Shown: positions 27,421-38,295 of the stretch, piece after piece
Layout of the letters: each line of letters begins with the position of its first letter
Numbering within the stretch: the first letter of the stretch is position 1
Origin: an uncultured bacterium
GTDB lineage: Bacteria > Patescibacteriota > JAHJAL01
Assembly: GCA_938004065.1 (NCBI GenBank)
Contig: CALKWM010000039.1
Span: 1,313-65,312 of the forward strand
Direction: 5' to 3'
DNA: 64,000 nt
Program-made: the position numbers and the translations under genes
The notes under the pieces: model-generated
The model's input: only the letters and a program-made list of their open reading frames with translations
What the model was told of the DNA's origin: nothing
Database searches by the model: none

Positions 27421-28413
27421 CTACAAATCATACTTCATCAACTCCTTTTCGATCGTGCCAATTTCTTGTTTCAATGCGCTAAGTAACAAAACATAATTCA
27501 CATTGCTATTTTTTTCAATCTTCTCTTCGATATCCACTTTGGCAAATTCAATCGCTTGCTTCAATTTTTGGACTAAATCCGCGTATTCTTCACTTGCTTT
27601 TGGATTGTTTTTAAAATTATCCAAGGATTTAAAACAAATATTTTTCCAGTTTTTGCGATATCGATCAACGGTGCAGTCGCCATGCCAGGTGGCGGGTGTA
27701 AATGCTTTGGTCCATTCGGTAAAGTCATCAGTCAAGCCATGTTTACTGGCATATATGTATTCTTTTAAACAACCTTTGGAAATTCGTTTTTCAAACTGGG
27801 CCAGTTTATTAACTTCTTTACTTAAACTGCCATCGTGGTTTTGATCGATAGTTTCATAACCCTTTACAATCTCTTTTAAACCCGCAACGGCATTTAAAAA
27901 ATTTTCATCACCAGCTGGATTGTCATAGTCATAAGAGTGTTCAAACTGTTCTACCAAAGTGTTCAATGTTTTTTTGATAAATTTATGTTCTTTTTTGGAA
28001 ATTATTTTTTGTCCCATCTTGCCCAGATAACCGGCGTACTTTTCACCATCGGCTATGTTAAAGTTTAACTTTTTTGCCTCCGTCTCGCCATCTTGATGAA
28101 ACGCTTTGACCGTTGAATTTACCGGTTCAAAAGAAAGCCCGATCTCATTTAATACATCACCGTATTTGGTTACGATAGTTTGGGCATGGACGGCACTTTT
28201 ATCGTTCTCAAAAACGGTATTTTTTTCATCTTTACCCAACTGCATAACATATCGAGCCAGCATTGATCCCATGTTATGATATTTGTCAAATGCTTCGATC
28301 TCGTCCATTAAATTATCAATAGATACATCTTTATTGGCTAATAAATCAATATTGCTCTTAGTTTCTTTACTCATTAAAATATTTTTAGAATTAAAACAAG
28401 CTAAACATATCAT
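27421..28413 (-). CDS. hypothetical protein.
   Basis: 330-aa ORF. No motif recognised. Confidence 0.45.
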   Translation of the reverse strand: MICLACFNSKNILMSKETKSNIDLLANKDVSIDNLMDEIEAFDKYHNMGSMLARYVMQLGKDEKNTVFENDKSAVHAQTIVTKYGDVLNEIGLSFEPVNSTVKAFHQDGETEAKKLNFNIADGEKYAGYLGKMGQKIISKKEHKFIKKTLNTLVEQFEHSYDYDNPAGDENFLNAVAGLKEIVKGYETIDQNHDGSLSKEVNKLAQFEKRISKGCLKEYIYASKHGLTDDFTEWTKAFTPATWHGDCTVDRYRKNWKNICFKSLDNFKNNPKASEEYADLVQKLKQAIEFAKVDIEEKIEKNSNVNYVLLLSALKQEIGTIEKELMKYDL

Positions 28414-28492
28414 AAAATTAGCAAAAAGTCAATAGTTTTTTAAATTAATATAACCCATTTAACACTTACGCGTCTAATTAAAAAGAGATAAG

Positions 28493-28660
28493 TTAAATAA
28501 TGAGTAGTGCTAATTTATTTTCTTATCTGTCATCCTCGAATCGATCCGCCTTGCCTGCCCGCCTTGGGTGGGGGCGGAGCTTCGATAACTTGTCCGCCTC
28601 GGGTGGATCGGGGATCCATACCATATTTCTTATTATTATTTAGCACCACTCATTAAATAA
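28493..28660 (+). mobile_element. Complete MITE (~168 bp): 20-bp TIRs TTAAATAATGAGTAGTGCTAA / TTAGCACCACTCATTAAATAA flanking the GC-rich hairpin core CTGTCATCCTCGAATCGA..CCGCC..GGCGG..CGGGGATCC.
   Basis: The TIRs match with one mismatch. The internal palindromes are perfect. Related copies occur at 6066, 14606, 36564, 55066, 56180 and 63623. Confidence 0.7.
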
Positions 28661-28720
28661 TAAAAAAATACTAATCAATTCTTTTTTGATCAGTATTTAT
28701 CTTTTATTAATATCAAACAT

Positions 28721-29728
28721 TTACTCCACAAACGGCCCCTGGAAATGGATATGACAGTCGGGAAAAATTGTGGTCGGAGCGCCAATCGGGATAATCATTG
28801 GATTTTTTTTGACAAAATGTCCGAGATTGCTCACCTTGAGCATATGCAAAGGATCTCCATCCAGTTTTCTTTCCTTGATCACGTCACCCAACACGTATTC
28901 AAACAAGTTGTCCATATCTTCCTGATGAGTGGTATAACTGAAATGATATCGTCGCAAATCAAGTGAAAATATCTTTTGGTCCATATCACCGATAACCAGC
29001 GCTCGAATATGTCTAAATATCCCCCGTTCATCGAGGGCAATAATCAATCGGTGTAAGTCCTCAATATCGATTCCCACCTCTTCGATAAACAAAATATATG
29101 GCTCCCAAGACCTGGGGTTAATATCGCAAATATCCAGCAAATCGCGAAAAGTTGAAATATTGCCCCCGATAGCGATTCCGGTGATGGGTTTATCCGGAGT
29201 GGGCTCGGTCAGCCAGCGGTATTCCGGCTCGATAAAAACCAGTTCATTGCGAATCCCTTTTAACATCTCAAAAAATATCCGGTTGTTTTTGTCTCGAAAT
29301 AATCCCAGGGCATTACTGTAATGAAAAGTCATTAACCTGATCTTGAAATACAGATAGTTAATTAAAAAAACTGTATCCGAAAACCCATTTACTATCGGTC
29401 GATTGCGTTTAATGTTTTTTAGATCTTTTTCATTTAAGTGTCTGATAATGTCCTCGCATCCGGTACCTCCCATAACCGGCAACAGCCAGTTCGAATTTCT
29501 AATCGCTTTGCGAAAATTCTTTAAACGTTCTCGCTCGGATCCGGATAGGTAGCTAGGATTGATTTTAGTTTCATGGATATTGAATTCTTTTGTTTTGGAG
29601 TAAAGATTTTTTAATTTTGTTACAGTTTGCAAATACAGCTTTTCCTCCCGCTTTTCAATCGGACTGGAGGTATGAATCATGCTGATCAGTGAATCAGTGG
29701 TTAATTTCTGGGGTTTAATTAAGTTCAT
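28721..29728 (-). CDS. Ld-carboxypeptidase (peptidase S66, LdcA/MccF-like).
   Basis: Ser-nucleophile motif NGFSDTVFL (G-[FY]-S-D-x-T). C-terminal NLGHFVKKNPMIIPIGAP is a GHxxxxxP motif. Confidence 0.6.
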   Translation of the reverse strand: MNLIKPQKLTTDSLISMIHTSSPIEKREEKLYLQTVTKLKNLYSKTKEFNIHETKINPSYLSGSERERLKNFRKAIRNSNWLLPVMGGTGCEDIIRHLNEKDLKNIKRNRPIVNGFSDTVFLINYLYFKIRLMTFHYSNALGLFRDKNNRIFFEMLKGIRNELVFIEPEYRWLTEPTPDKPITGIAIGGNISTFRDLLDICDINPRSWEPYILFIEEVGIDIEDLHRLIIALDERGIFRHIRALVIGDMDQKIFSLDLRRYHFSYTTHQEDMDNLFEYVLGDVIKERKLDGDPLHMLKVSNLGHFVKKNPMIIPIGAPTTIFPDCHIHFQGPFVE

Positions 29729-29935
29729 TTTTTACCTCCCGATGAAGTTTTATACAAATAAGATAAAAAATAAACACCGGTAAACCTAAATCTACCAGCA
29801 CTCCCTTGATAATATCATATTCTGGAAATAAATCAAGGGGTAAATAAATCATTAAAAAAATTTCCCCAGATTATTTCCTAAACATTTCTGCTAAGATTAA
29901 ACGGTAATTATTTTTTTTGTGCCCATTCTTTTTAT

Positions 29936-31243
29936 ATGTCCAAAATCAAACCAAAAATCGATCTGAACTCACGTTTCCAGGAAACATTGGATCTGATGGA
30001 AAACACCCGTGACAATATATTTTTAACCGGTAAAGCCGGTACCGGTAAATCGACCCTATTGCAATATTTTCGAACTACTACCGCCAAAAAAATTGTGGTC
30101 GTTGCTCCCACCGGTGTCGCCGCCCTCAATGTATCCGGCCAGACTATTCATTCATTTTTTCGATTTGCACCCGGGATTTCACCGGAAGATATCAAATTTG
30201 AAAAAAAATCCAAAAAACTCACTCAGATATTGAAAAAACTGGATATGATTATTATTGACGAGATCTCCATGGTGCGGGCGGATTTACTGGACTGTATCGA
30301 TGAGTCATTGCGATATTATTTACTTAACAACAAACCGTTCGGTGGCATCCAGATGGTGTTTATCGGAGATTTATTTCAATTGCCGCCGATCGTGGTGGGG
30401 GAGGAGGAGATGCGCAAATTCCGCACCCAATATCCCAGTCCGTACTTTTTCTCCGCCAACGTCATGCAGCAAATAGATATCAAAATAATCGAACTGGAAA
30501 CTATCTATCGCCAGTCCGATCAGATCTTTATCGACCTGCTCAACAAAATCCGTACCAATCGGGCCGATAGTGATGACATCAGTCTGCTTAATTCACGTTG
30601 CCAGGTTGATTATTTTGAACCTGAAGATATGTACATCACTCTCACCACCACCAACATTGCCGCCGACGATATTAACAAATATAAACTGGCCCAACTCACT
30701 ACCAAGTCCTATCTGCTAGCGGGAGAGCTGGCCGGAGATTTTTCCACCAAACAATTGCCGACGCAGGTTGATCTGGAAGTTAAAATCGGCTCGCAAATCA
30801 TGTTGTTAAACAACGATGCCGCCGATCGTTGGGTTAATGGTAGTATGGGGCGGATCATCGACATCACCAACAATCAATTTGATGATGATATCGTGTTGGT
30901 GGTCAAACTCGACAACGGTGAAACAGTTGAAGTGGATCGATACACCTGGCGGGCCACATCGTATTTCTATAACCCTGATACAAAAATCATGGATTCCGAA
31001 ACTGTCGGTTCGTTTACCCAATATCCTATCCGTCTCGCTTGGGCCGTTACAATCCACAAAAGTCAGGGAAAAACTTTTAACCACGTCGTTCTCGACATCG
31101 GCCGTGGGGCTTTTGCCCACGGCCAGACCTATGTCGCCATCAGTCGGGTAACCAGTTTACAGGGACTGCTCTTGCGCCGTCCCATCTCTCCCCGCGATAT
31201 CTCGATTGATACTCAAGTAGTGGAGTTTATGGCCAAAAAGTAA
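29936..31243 (+). CDS. PIF1/RecD-like superfamily-1 DNA helicase.
   Basis: Walker A GKAGTGKST. Walker B IIIDEISMV. C-terminal TIHKSQGKTF motif. Confidence 0.75.
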   Translation: MSKIKPKIDLNSRFQETLDLMENTRDNIFLTGKAGTGKSTLLQYFRTTTAKKIVVVAPTGVAALNVSGQTIHSFFRFAPGISPEDIKFEKKSKKLTQILKKLDMIIIDEISMVRADLLDCIDESLRYYLLNNKPFGGIQMVFIGDLFQLPPIVVGEEEMRKFRTQYPSPYFFSANVMQQIDIKIIELETIYRQSDQIFIDLLNKIRTNRADSDDISLLNSRCQVDYFEPEDMYITLTTTNIAADDINKYKLAQLTTKSYLLAGELAGDFSTKQLPTQVDLEVKIGSQIMLLNNDAADRWVNGSMGRIIDITNNQFDDDIVLVVKLDNGETVEVDRYTWRATSYFYNPDTKIMDSETVGSFTQYPIRLAWAVTIHKSQGKTFNHVVLDIGRGAFAHGQTYVAISRVTSLQGLLLRRPISPRDISIDTQVVEFMAKK

Positions 31244-31355
31244 ACCCAATTCAACACCCTTTTTGAATATCGACAATTACCCCCCGGCGAAGTGTTTTTA
31301 GCAATAAAAAAAGGCCATAAAAATTGCCATATAAACATAAAATACCTCTCTTTAA

Positions 31356-31694
31356 TCACACCGGCACCAAACTGATTTTTTTGATTATTTTCAATAATTC
31401 ATCAATTTGGAAAGGTTTGTCCAAAATATATTTTACACCCAGCGAATAAATTTTTTCTTTTTCATATTCGTCAATATCACCGCCCATGACAATGACATTG
31501 CTATTATTTTGTCTTTCTTCCAGATAAGATATTGTGTCGATACAACTAAAATCTATCATTATAATTTCGACATCTTCAATTGAATCATTAATGTCAACAT
31601 TTTTACTGAAAATAGTTTCGAACCCTTGAATTTTAAAAACCTGTTCTAAAACACCAATGAACATGGGTTCATCTTCGAAAATCAATATTTTCAT
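31356..31694 (-). CDS. Stand-alone response-regulator receiver (CheY-like).
   Basis: The acidic pocket is in ILIFEDEP, the putative phospho-Asp is in IIMIDFS, and the conserved Lys is in LDKPF. The start was chosen at the Met preceded by AGGAGG. Confidence 0.55.
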   Translation of the reverse strand: MKILIFEDEPMFIGVLEQVFKIQGFETIFSKNVDINDSIEDVEIIMIDFSCIDTISYLEERQNNSNVIVMGGDIDEYEKEKIYSLGVKYILDKPFQIDELLKIIKKISLVPV

Positions 31695-31704
31695 AAATTT
31701 CCCC

Positions 31705-31710
31705 CTCCTA
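31705..31710 (-). promoter_or_regulatory. Shine-Dalgarno AGGAGG 8 nt upstream of the receiver ATG.
   Basis: The plus-strand CCTCCT is the reverse complement of AGGAGG. Confidence 0.5.
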
Positions 31711-31923
31711 GGTTTTTTAACGTTCATAAAACCATTATTACCAAAAGAAGATTAAGTATTTATTAATTTGAAATTAATAAAATATTAAGATTTGTAATTA
31801 TGATGAGTTAGGATAAAAGAAATTACAAATAAGTTATTAAAAATATAACCAAAAAATTATTTTCCAAAATATCTTTACATAACGAACGGAAGTAAAAAAA
31901 TTACTTCCGTTTTAAATAAAAAT

Positions 31924-32622
31924 TTACAATTTATTTTTTAATTCTTTTTGAACAACTACCAAAAAATCGGGATGATAACTCTCCCAAAAATCCTCACCAT
32001 ATTTATAAATTAACTTCAAAATCTTTTCAGTGTCTTTTTGTATATAGATTATCTCCCTTCCATGCACTTTGGAAAGTGATTTTTTGGCGCACCATTCAAA
32101 ATGATTATAATCATTTATCTGGTTAAGTTTTTCCTTTCCTCTTGGAGAAAAAGTCCAGACCAATTCATGGAGATCAATGTCGCAAAGAAGCTTTACTCCC
32201 ATTTCTTCTCTCATTGCTTTCACCAATTTTAGGCCCTGCCAGATTATAGGCAAATCTGAAAGAATCAATTTGTCGAACCGAAGTTTTAGGAAAATCGGTT
32301 TTTTTGATATTTCTGGTTTTGTCAAAAATATCTTTTTTGCGTATTTAGTATTACGGTGTTTGGCGATGGCCGGTATAAAAAAGATATGTGTTCCATCGAT
32401 TAAATACAAATTTTCTACTCTCAAATTGTAATCTCCTACCCGTCCTTCGGAAACAATGCCCTGTAGATATATTTTTTTTGCATGGTAATCCACTTTTAAC
32501 CAACCTTGTTCCTTGTTTTGTTCCGATAAAAACGGTTCATACAGAAATCCGTCACTTTCCATGAGGTGGTCCATGGTATTTCTTCTATATGACAAATTTA
32601 GTCTTTGATCCATATCATCCAC
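31924..32622 (-). CDS. hypothetical protein.
   Basis: 232-aa ORF. No confident motif. Confidence 0.4.
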   Translation of the reverse strand: MDDMDQRLNLSYRRNTMDHLMESDGFLYEPFLSEQNKEQGWLKVDYHAKKIYLQGIVSEGRVGDYNLRVENLYLIDGTHIFFIPAIAKHRNTKYAKKIFLTKPEISKKPIFLKLRFDKLILSDLPIIWQGLKLVKAMREEMGVKLLCDIDLHELVWTFSPRGKEKLNQINDYNHFEWCAKKSLSKVHGREIIYIQKDTEKILKLIYKYGEDFWESYHPDFLVVVQKELKNKL

Positions 32623-32836
32623 AACCTCCTTAAATTTTTAAATTTCACAAACGAAAAATTCTTTGTTATCAAGATATCATTTACGGGAATTGTTGGCAAT
32701 ATCATGTTTAATATAAATATTTTAAAAATTTTTAATTTGACTTTTGCTCTCAAATATTATACAAATAAATAACCAAATTGATTTTTAAATCTGTTTGAAA
32801 TTAGATAAACAGGTTTTTTTATTTTTTATTGAAATT

Positions 32837-34633
32837 ATGGAAATCAGAAATATCGCCATCATCGCCCACGTTGATCATGGCAAAACTACCCTGACTGACG
32901 CTATCATGCGTCAAACCGGTATCGCCAAAGAAGGCGAAACCATGGATGTCAACGCCCTCGAACAAGAGCGTGGAATTACCATATACTCCAAGAACACATC
33001 CGTTTTTTACAAAGACACCAAAATCAACATTGTTGATACTCCCGGCCACGCCGATTTCGGCAGTGAGGTGGAACGGGTTTTGCGCTCAATTGACTCAGTA
33101 GTACTGGTAGTTGATGCCCAAGAAGGCCCCATGCCGCAAACCAAATTTGTTCTCAAGAAATCTCTCGAACTGGGGCTGAAACCAATCGTCGTTATCAACA
33201 AAATCGACAAACCGGCCGCCCGTCCCGATATCGTTCACGAAATGGTGTTTGAATTATTTTACGATCTCGGCGCCAATGATGAACAGCTGGATTTTCCGGT
33301 TATTTATGCCATTGGTCGTGATGGTATTGCCAAATCCAAACTCGCCGATGACAGCCACGACCTCACTCCTCTGCTGGATTTGATTTTGTCGCATGTGCCA
33401 CCTGTATCGGCCGATATCGACGCTCCGCTTTCCGCTCAGCCATTCAATTTGGGTTATGACAATTTTCTCGGTCGCTTGGCCATCGCCCGCATCTATGAAG
33501 GCCGGATCAAAACCGGCCAAACCGTAACTATCAAAAAAATCGATGGTGCTATCGCTACCGGCAAAGTGGTTAAACTGTTTACATATCAAGGCATGGCCAG
33601 ACAGGAAACACCAAATGCCGTCGCTGGAGATATTGTCATGATTGCCGGACTGCCCAACATCTACATCGGCGACACTATTTGTGATACCCCCGATCAGGCC
33701 ACACTGCCGGCTATCAAAATTGACGAGCCAACCATTTGCCTGAATTTTTTGGTCAATGACTCTCCTTTTGCGGGTCAGGACGGCACTTGGGTTACCAATC
33801 GTCAGATCCGGGAACGGCTGGAAAAAGAGTTGGAGATAAACGTTGGCTTAAAAATTGATTTCTCCAACAATTCATATTACAAAGTTTACGGCCGAGGTGA
33901 ATTGCATATCGCCATTCTGTTGGAAAACATGCGTCGTGAAGGATATGAGATTCAGGTTTCTCAGCCCAAAGTAATCATCAGAGAAGAAAATGGAGTGAAA
34001 GTTGAACCATTTGAAGAACTGACTATCGACGTACCGGTGGAATACTCGGGCGTTGTAATCGAAAAACTATCTCGTCGCAAAGGAGTTATGACCAATATGA
34101 CCAATACCGGCCATCAGACCAGATTGATTTTTCAAATTCCGACTCGCGGTCTGTTGGGTTATCGCGGTGATTTTATGGTGGATACTCGCGGTGAAGGCAT
34201 ACTTTGCAGTGAGTTTGTCGGTTTTAAACCCCATGTCGGACCCATCGAACGACACGCCGTTGGCGCGATGGTTTCCATGATTGGTGGCAAAGCGTTGGCT
34301 TTCTCGCTCTGGAATCTGCAGGACCGCGGACAACTCTACATCACCGCCAATACCCCGGTCTATGAAGGTATGATCATCGGCAATGTTGCCAAAGGAGTTG
34401 ATCTGGCGGTTAATCCGATCAAAGGCAAGCAACTGACCAACATCCGCGCTGCCGGTAGTGACGAAGCGATCCATCTCGTTCCGCCAATTACTATCTCCAT
34501 CGAAAGAGGTTTGGAAATCATTAACGATGATGAATACCTCGAAGTAACTCCCAAAAATGTTCGTTTGCGTAAGCAATCCCTGAAAGAAGTTGATCGCATT
34601 CGTGACAACAGGAAGAAAAACAGAGATATTTAA
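32837..34633 (+). CDS. typA: Translational GTPase TypA/BipA.
   Basis: N-terminal [17 protein letters not shown] (G1), DTPGHADF (G2/G3) and NKIDK (G4). The ~600-aa length and C-terminal region are BipA-like. The start was chosen at MEIRNIA. Confidence 0.9.
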   Translation: MEIRNIAIIAHVDHGKTTLTDAIMRQTGIAKEGETMDVNALEQERGITIYSKNTSVFYKDTKINIVDTPGHADFGSEVERVLRSIDSVVLVVDAQEGPMPQTKFVLKKSLELGLKPIVVINKIDKPAARPDIVHEMVFELFYDLGANDEQLDFPVIYAIGRDGIAKSKLADDSHDLTPLLDLILSHVPPVSADIDAPLSAQPFNLGYDNFLGRLAIARIYEGRIKTGQTVTIKKIDGAIATGKVVKLFTYQGMARQETPNAVAGDIVMIAGLPNIYIGDTICDTPDQATLPAIKIDEPTICLNFLVNDSPFAGQDGTWVTNRQIRERLEKELEINVGLKIDFSNNSYYKVYGRGELHIAILLENMRREGYEIQVSQPKVIIREENGVKVEPFEELTIDVPVEYSGVVIEKLSRRKGVMTNMTNTGHQTRLIFQIPTRGLLGYRGDFMVDTRGEGILCSEFVGFKPHVGPIERHAVGAMVSMIGGKALAFSLWNLQDRGQLYITANTPVYEGMIIGNVAKGVDLAVNPIKGKQLTNIRAAGSDEAIHLVPPITISIERGLEIINDDEYLEVTPKNVRLRKQSLKEVDRIRDNRKKNRDI

Positions 34634-34635
34634 AA

Positions 34636-34676
34636 TACCGAAATTAAGCCCGCTAAAAATTTTAGCGGGCTACATT
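34636..34676 (+). terminator. Rho-independent terminator (AAGCCCGCTAAAA..TTTTAGCGGGCT).
   Basis: 12-bp stem directly after the typA stop, followed by an AT-rich T-containing run. Confidence 0.55.
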
Positions 34677-35460
34677 TATTATTTCTTGAAATATTCGTAT
34701 AATTCCTCCCAGAATTTGATCCGTTCTTGTTTCTCCTGATCATTTTCCGGGGTATTCTTTATATCATCGGTTTGTATCGGAATTTCCGATTCCTGATAAT
34801 TTTTTTTGGTGTTTGTTTTTCTTGTTCTCCTGTTGATTTTTTTCACCCCCCTTTAAAAATATCCATTTTAAAAATTTTATTCTTAAATCACTTTTCATAA
34901 TTACTTTACATCTATCATAAATAATGCAAACAAAGTGTTTATGACGTTTTGTCTTTAGAAGTCTTTATGATGAATTACAAATAATTTTATTATAAATTAA
35001 CACACGGCGCTCTTGGCGCAGGGCAGTTCACAAAAAAATTTGAATATTCGATTATTTTTATAAACTTCTTTCACAACTTTAATCTTTTATTCCCATTTTC
35101 TTCCTTGTATTTCTTGATTAGACGCAAGAAAAACAAGGTTTTCACCATGTCATCATCGGGAAACTCTTCCTCCGCCTTGGCGTGCAATTCTTCCTTCACA
35201 TCTTCCGGAATCCATTCATCAACAGTGATAATTTCCACTTCGCTCATTGTTAAAATACCTCCTTTGAAAAATCCAGATTATTTTTAAATCAATTCTAGCA
35301 TAAAAATTCAATACATATTTCCCCATACAAAAATGGCCAACCGGACTAATTGTTGGCGTTATTAAAAATTATGTTTTTTTTCTTCATTTTTAAGTATTTT
35401 TTTAAACTGCTAAAAAAAGATTATAATTAAAGCAATTAACATACTATAAAAACTTAAAAA

Positions 35461-36054
35461 ATGCCTCGTCCAAAAAGAAGAAATAAAACCAATCGAAAGC
35501 AAGTTAAAAATAGACCGAAAATCTACGCTTTTATCGAAAGCCAAAACTTAAACCTCGGCACCGGCAAAGATCTGTTCAACAAGAATAAGCGAAAAATCTA
35601 TACCGGCTGGAAATTGGACTTCAAAAAATTTCGCATCTATCTCAAAGATAAATTCAGGGTTACTCAAGCATTTCTATTTATCGGGTATATCGAAAATAAC
35701 CAAAAATTATACCGTGAATTAAAAAAATTTGGATATCAATTAGTATTTAAACCAACTACTAAAGATGCGTTTGGTGTGCCCAAAGGAAATATTGACGCTG
35801 AATTAGTCCTTCATACTGCAGCTATCGAATATAAAAACTATAATCAAGCCATAGTTGTTTCCGGTGATGGTGATTTTCGTTGTCTCTATGAATTTTTAAA
35901 GAAAAATAAAAAACTGTCCAAAATAATTATTCCAAATAAAAAAGCGGCCTCAACATTGCTACGACCGTTTGATAAATATAAGAAACATTTGGAAGATGAC
36001 AGACAGAAATTACAGTATAAAAAAACGGGAGGCGTGCACTCATCCAACACGTAG
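35461..36054 (+). CDS. NYN-domain (LabA-like) putative ribonuclease.
   Basis: IYAFIESQNL supplies the N-terminal acidic residue. GNIDAELVL and VVSGDGDF are NYN/LabA signatures. Confidence 0.65.
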   Translation: MPRPKRRNKTNRKQVKNRPKIYAFIESQNLNLGTGKDLFNKNKRKIYTGWKLDFKKFRIYLKDKFRVTQAFLFIGYIENNQKLYRELKKFGYQLVFKPTTKDAFGVPKGNIDAELVLHTAAIEYKNYNQAIVVSGDGDFRCLYEFLKKNKKLSKIIIPNKKAASTLLRPFDKYKKHLEDDRQKLQYKKTGGVHSSNT

Positions 36055-36236
36055 TTGGAGGCTCGTATTCTCCCTCATGATTAGTTTAATTGTAAAAAAA
36101 TATTAGTAGTTTGTCAAGTTTAAAAATACCCACAAAAATGAGAGACGTTACAATGAAATACATAATTTCACGCTCGTTTCTCTCTCTCACGATTAATGCA
36201 ATTATTCAAATAATTTATTTTTAAAACTATAATATA

Positions 36237-36548
36237 ATGAAACAAGAAAATTTAACAATCACCGCACTCAAACAAGCCCTCGGGGTAACGATTTATGTAT
36301 TGTTGGTTGGCACTGTTATGTCATTTGGCAACGAGATCTTCGGCACCAAACCAAACCTCTTGGGCCCGGTCGCTTTTCTGATGTTATTTGTCATCTCCGC
36401 CGCCATCACCGGTTATTTGGTTGTCGGGAAATCTATCCTCATGTACCTTGACGGTGCCAAAAAATCGGCGGTCCAACTATTTGGTTTGACGATACTGTGG
36501 TTGTTTTTGTTTATGATGTTGGCTTTTCTGGGAATGATAGTTTTTTAG
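36237..36548 (+). CDS. Small membrane protein (3 TM helices).
   Basis: 103-aa hydrophobic ORF. Confidence 0.4.
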   Translation: MKQENLTITALKQALGVTIYVLLVGTVMSFGNEIFGTKPNLLGPVAFLMLFVISAAITGYLVVGKSILMYLDGAKKSAVQLFGLTILWLFLFMMLAFLGMIVF

Positions 36549-36563
36549 ATCAAATCAGTATTG

Positions 36564-36690
36564 TTAATAATGAGTAGTGCTAAATAAAAATAAGAAATAT
36601 GGTATGGATCCCCGATATCGAAGCTCCGCCCTGGGCGGATTTCGATTCGAGGATGACAGATAGGAAATTAATAAGCACTACTCATTAATT
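36564..36690 (-). mobile_element. MITE copy (~127 bp, short variant) in inverted orientation.
   Basis: TIRs TTAATAATGAGTAGTGCTAA / TTAATAAGCACTACTCATTAA. Core GGATCCCCGATATCGAAGCTCCGCCCTGGGCGGATTTCGATTCGAGGATGACAG is the reverse complement of the core in the 6066 copy. Confidence 0.7.
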
Positions 36691-36844
36691 CTATTTGGCA
36701 TTTCTTTTTTTGGTTCCTGCCCGATCTTCTTTTAATATTTGGCGCTTTTCGTTTACTTAAGAAAACGCAGTATCAAAATTTTGCTTGGCGATTACATTAA
36801 ACGGAACTTTTTAATGATAGTTCAAGTAAATTGCCGACATTTAA

Positions 36845-36875
36845 AAGAAACCACCAGCTTTATTGCCGGTGGTTT
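36845..36875 (-). terminator. Terminator hairpin (AAACCACC..GGTGGTTT) downstream of the minus-strand lipoprotein gene.
   Basis: 8-bp stem flanked by A/T runs. Confidence 0.45.
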
Positions 36876-36889
36876 ATAAAATACATTTT

Positions 36890-37591
36890 TTAGTATTGAA
36901 CTGAATTAGTCCGCGGAGATTCCCTAAACAGTCCTTCCCTTTTCAATGCTGTATCGGGACAACTTTCCAGATAACTCTGGATTTGTTCGATATTTAGATC
37001 ATGAAAATGATCCAAAATATCGGATGTAGTCGGATCGGGATTGGTCGGAAAATCTGATCCGGTTTGTTGATTGATTTGGTCAACAATACCGGCATAAATT
37101 GCCATATACTCTGCCAATGTGTATCGGCCGGCAAAATTAGCTTGATAAGATTCGGCAAAACTCATCCCGTTTTCCCGATCAAGCCAGAATTGAAATGTAC
37201 TGGCAACCAGTTGCGGAAAAAAACCGTTGTACTTGCCACTATTAACCTCATAATTACAGGCATGGTACAACCGCAATTCAAAATCACCGAAACCGTCTTC
37301 TTGACCCAACAGATCTTGATTTTCCAACAGAGCCAAGAGCAAGACCGGATTACAATTGTTCTCTCTGGCACAATAGAAAATCAACTCCGCCGGTGATAGA
37401 TTGTGAGCCGGATTGCCGTTTTTTAATTGTTCCATCACCAGCTCGTCTTTCCCGCTTGACCACTCGATCGACTTGTTTAGCGGATCGGCGCTGCGGATAG
37501 TCTGAATAATCGGCGTAACCGCGTCATCACCGCAACCGGCTGTCAACATCATTAGCAGTAGCAACAGGGCAAGAAACACAATTCTTTTCAT
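36890..37591 (-). CDS. hypothetical lipoprotein.
   Basis: Lipobox LLMMLTAGC. Confidence 0.5.
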   Translation of the reverse strand: MKRIVFLALLLLLMMLTAGCGDDAVTPIIQTIRSADPLNKSIEWSSGKDELVMEQLKNGNPAHNLSPAELIFYCARENNCNPVLLLALLENQDLLGQEDGFGDFELRLYHACNYEVNSGKYNGFFPQLVASTFQFWLDRENGMSFAESYQANFAGRYTLAEYMAIYAGIVDQINQQTGSDFPTNPDPTTSDILDHFHDLNIEQIQSYLESCPDTALKREGLFRESPRTNSVQY

Positions 37592-37767
37592 TCATATCCC
37601 CTCCTACAAAATTTTTTTAATAATTCGATAGCTTGGTATAATTTAACGAAAAATTTGTCCAAAAGCAATGTTTTGTTGATGATTATTGATGAATGTTAAA
37701 AAGTTGGTCTTGATATAATTAAAGGTATAATACAAACAGTGATTATTTGTTCTAAAAATTTTTTCAA

Positions 37768-38115
37768 ATGTCCAACATCAAAAACCTAACCCAAAAATTA
37801 ATAAATTTCCGCGACGCGCGAGATTGGAAACAGTTCCACAAACCCAAAGATATGGCTATTTCTCTCTCGCTGGAAGCTTCCGAATTATTGGAACATTTTC
37901 AATGGAAAAGTGAGCAAGAAATTGAAGAGTATTTGAAAGATCATAAAAATGATCTGGCCGATGAACTGGCGGATGTTCTAAATACTTTGCTGATGATTTG
38001 CTACGACCTTGATATCAATATCATCGAAGCTTCAGAAAAGAAATTGATCAAAAACAATTTGAAATATCCGGTGGAGAAAGCGAAGGGAAAACATACGAAG
38101 TATAGCAAGTTGTAG
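37768..38115 (+). CDS. MazG-like nucleotide pyrophosphohydrolase (small all-alpha NTP-PPase).
   Basis: FRDARDWKQFH..SLEASELLEHFQW..ELADVL has the EExxE/D metal-binding pattern of MazG-like/HisE-type NTP-PPases. It is about 80% identical to the paralog at 40796..41143. Confidence 0.65.
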   Translation: MSNIKNLTQKLINFRDARDWKQFHKPKDMAISLSLEASELLEHFQWKSEQEIEEYLKDHKNDLADELADVLNTLLMICYDLDINIIEASEKKLIKNNLKYPVEKAKGKHTKYSKL

Positions 38116-38295
38116 AGGGATTAAGGCAAAACACGATTTTTTAAAATATAGTTTTCCAGCTTTATTATTCGCAAATATTTTTCAAAGTTAAATTTACAGT
38201 CTTAAAAATATATGCAAATTGTTATTTTTAAAATGATTGATGCTAAATTGGATATTATACCGGCTACTGAACAATATTTCAAATACTTACCAGAT

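Noticed and set aside
33007-34608. Several minus-strand ORFs of 67-169 aa inside typA.
   Set aside because: They are antisense to a highly conserved GTPase gene and are not supported.
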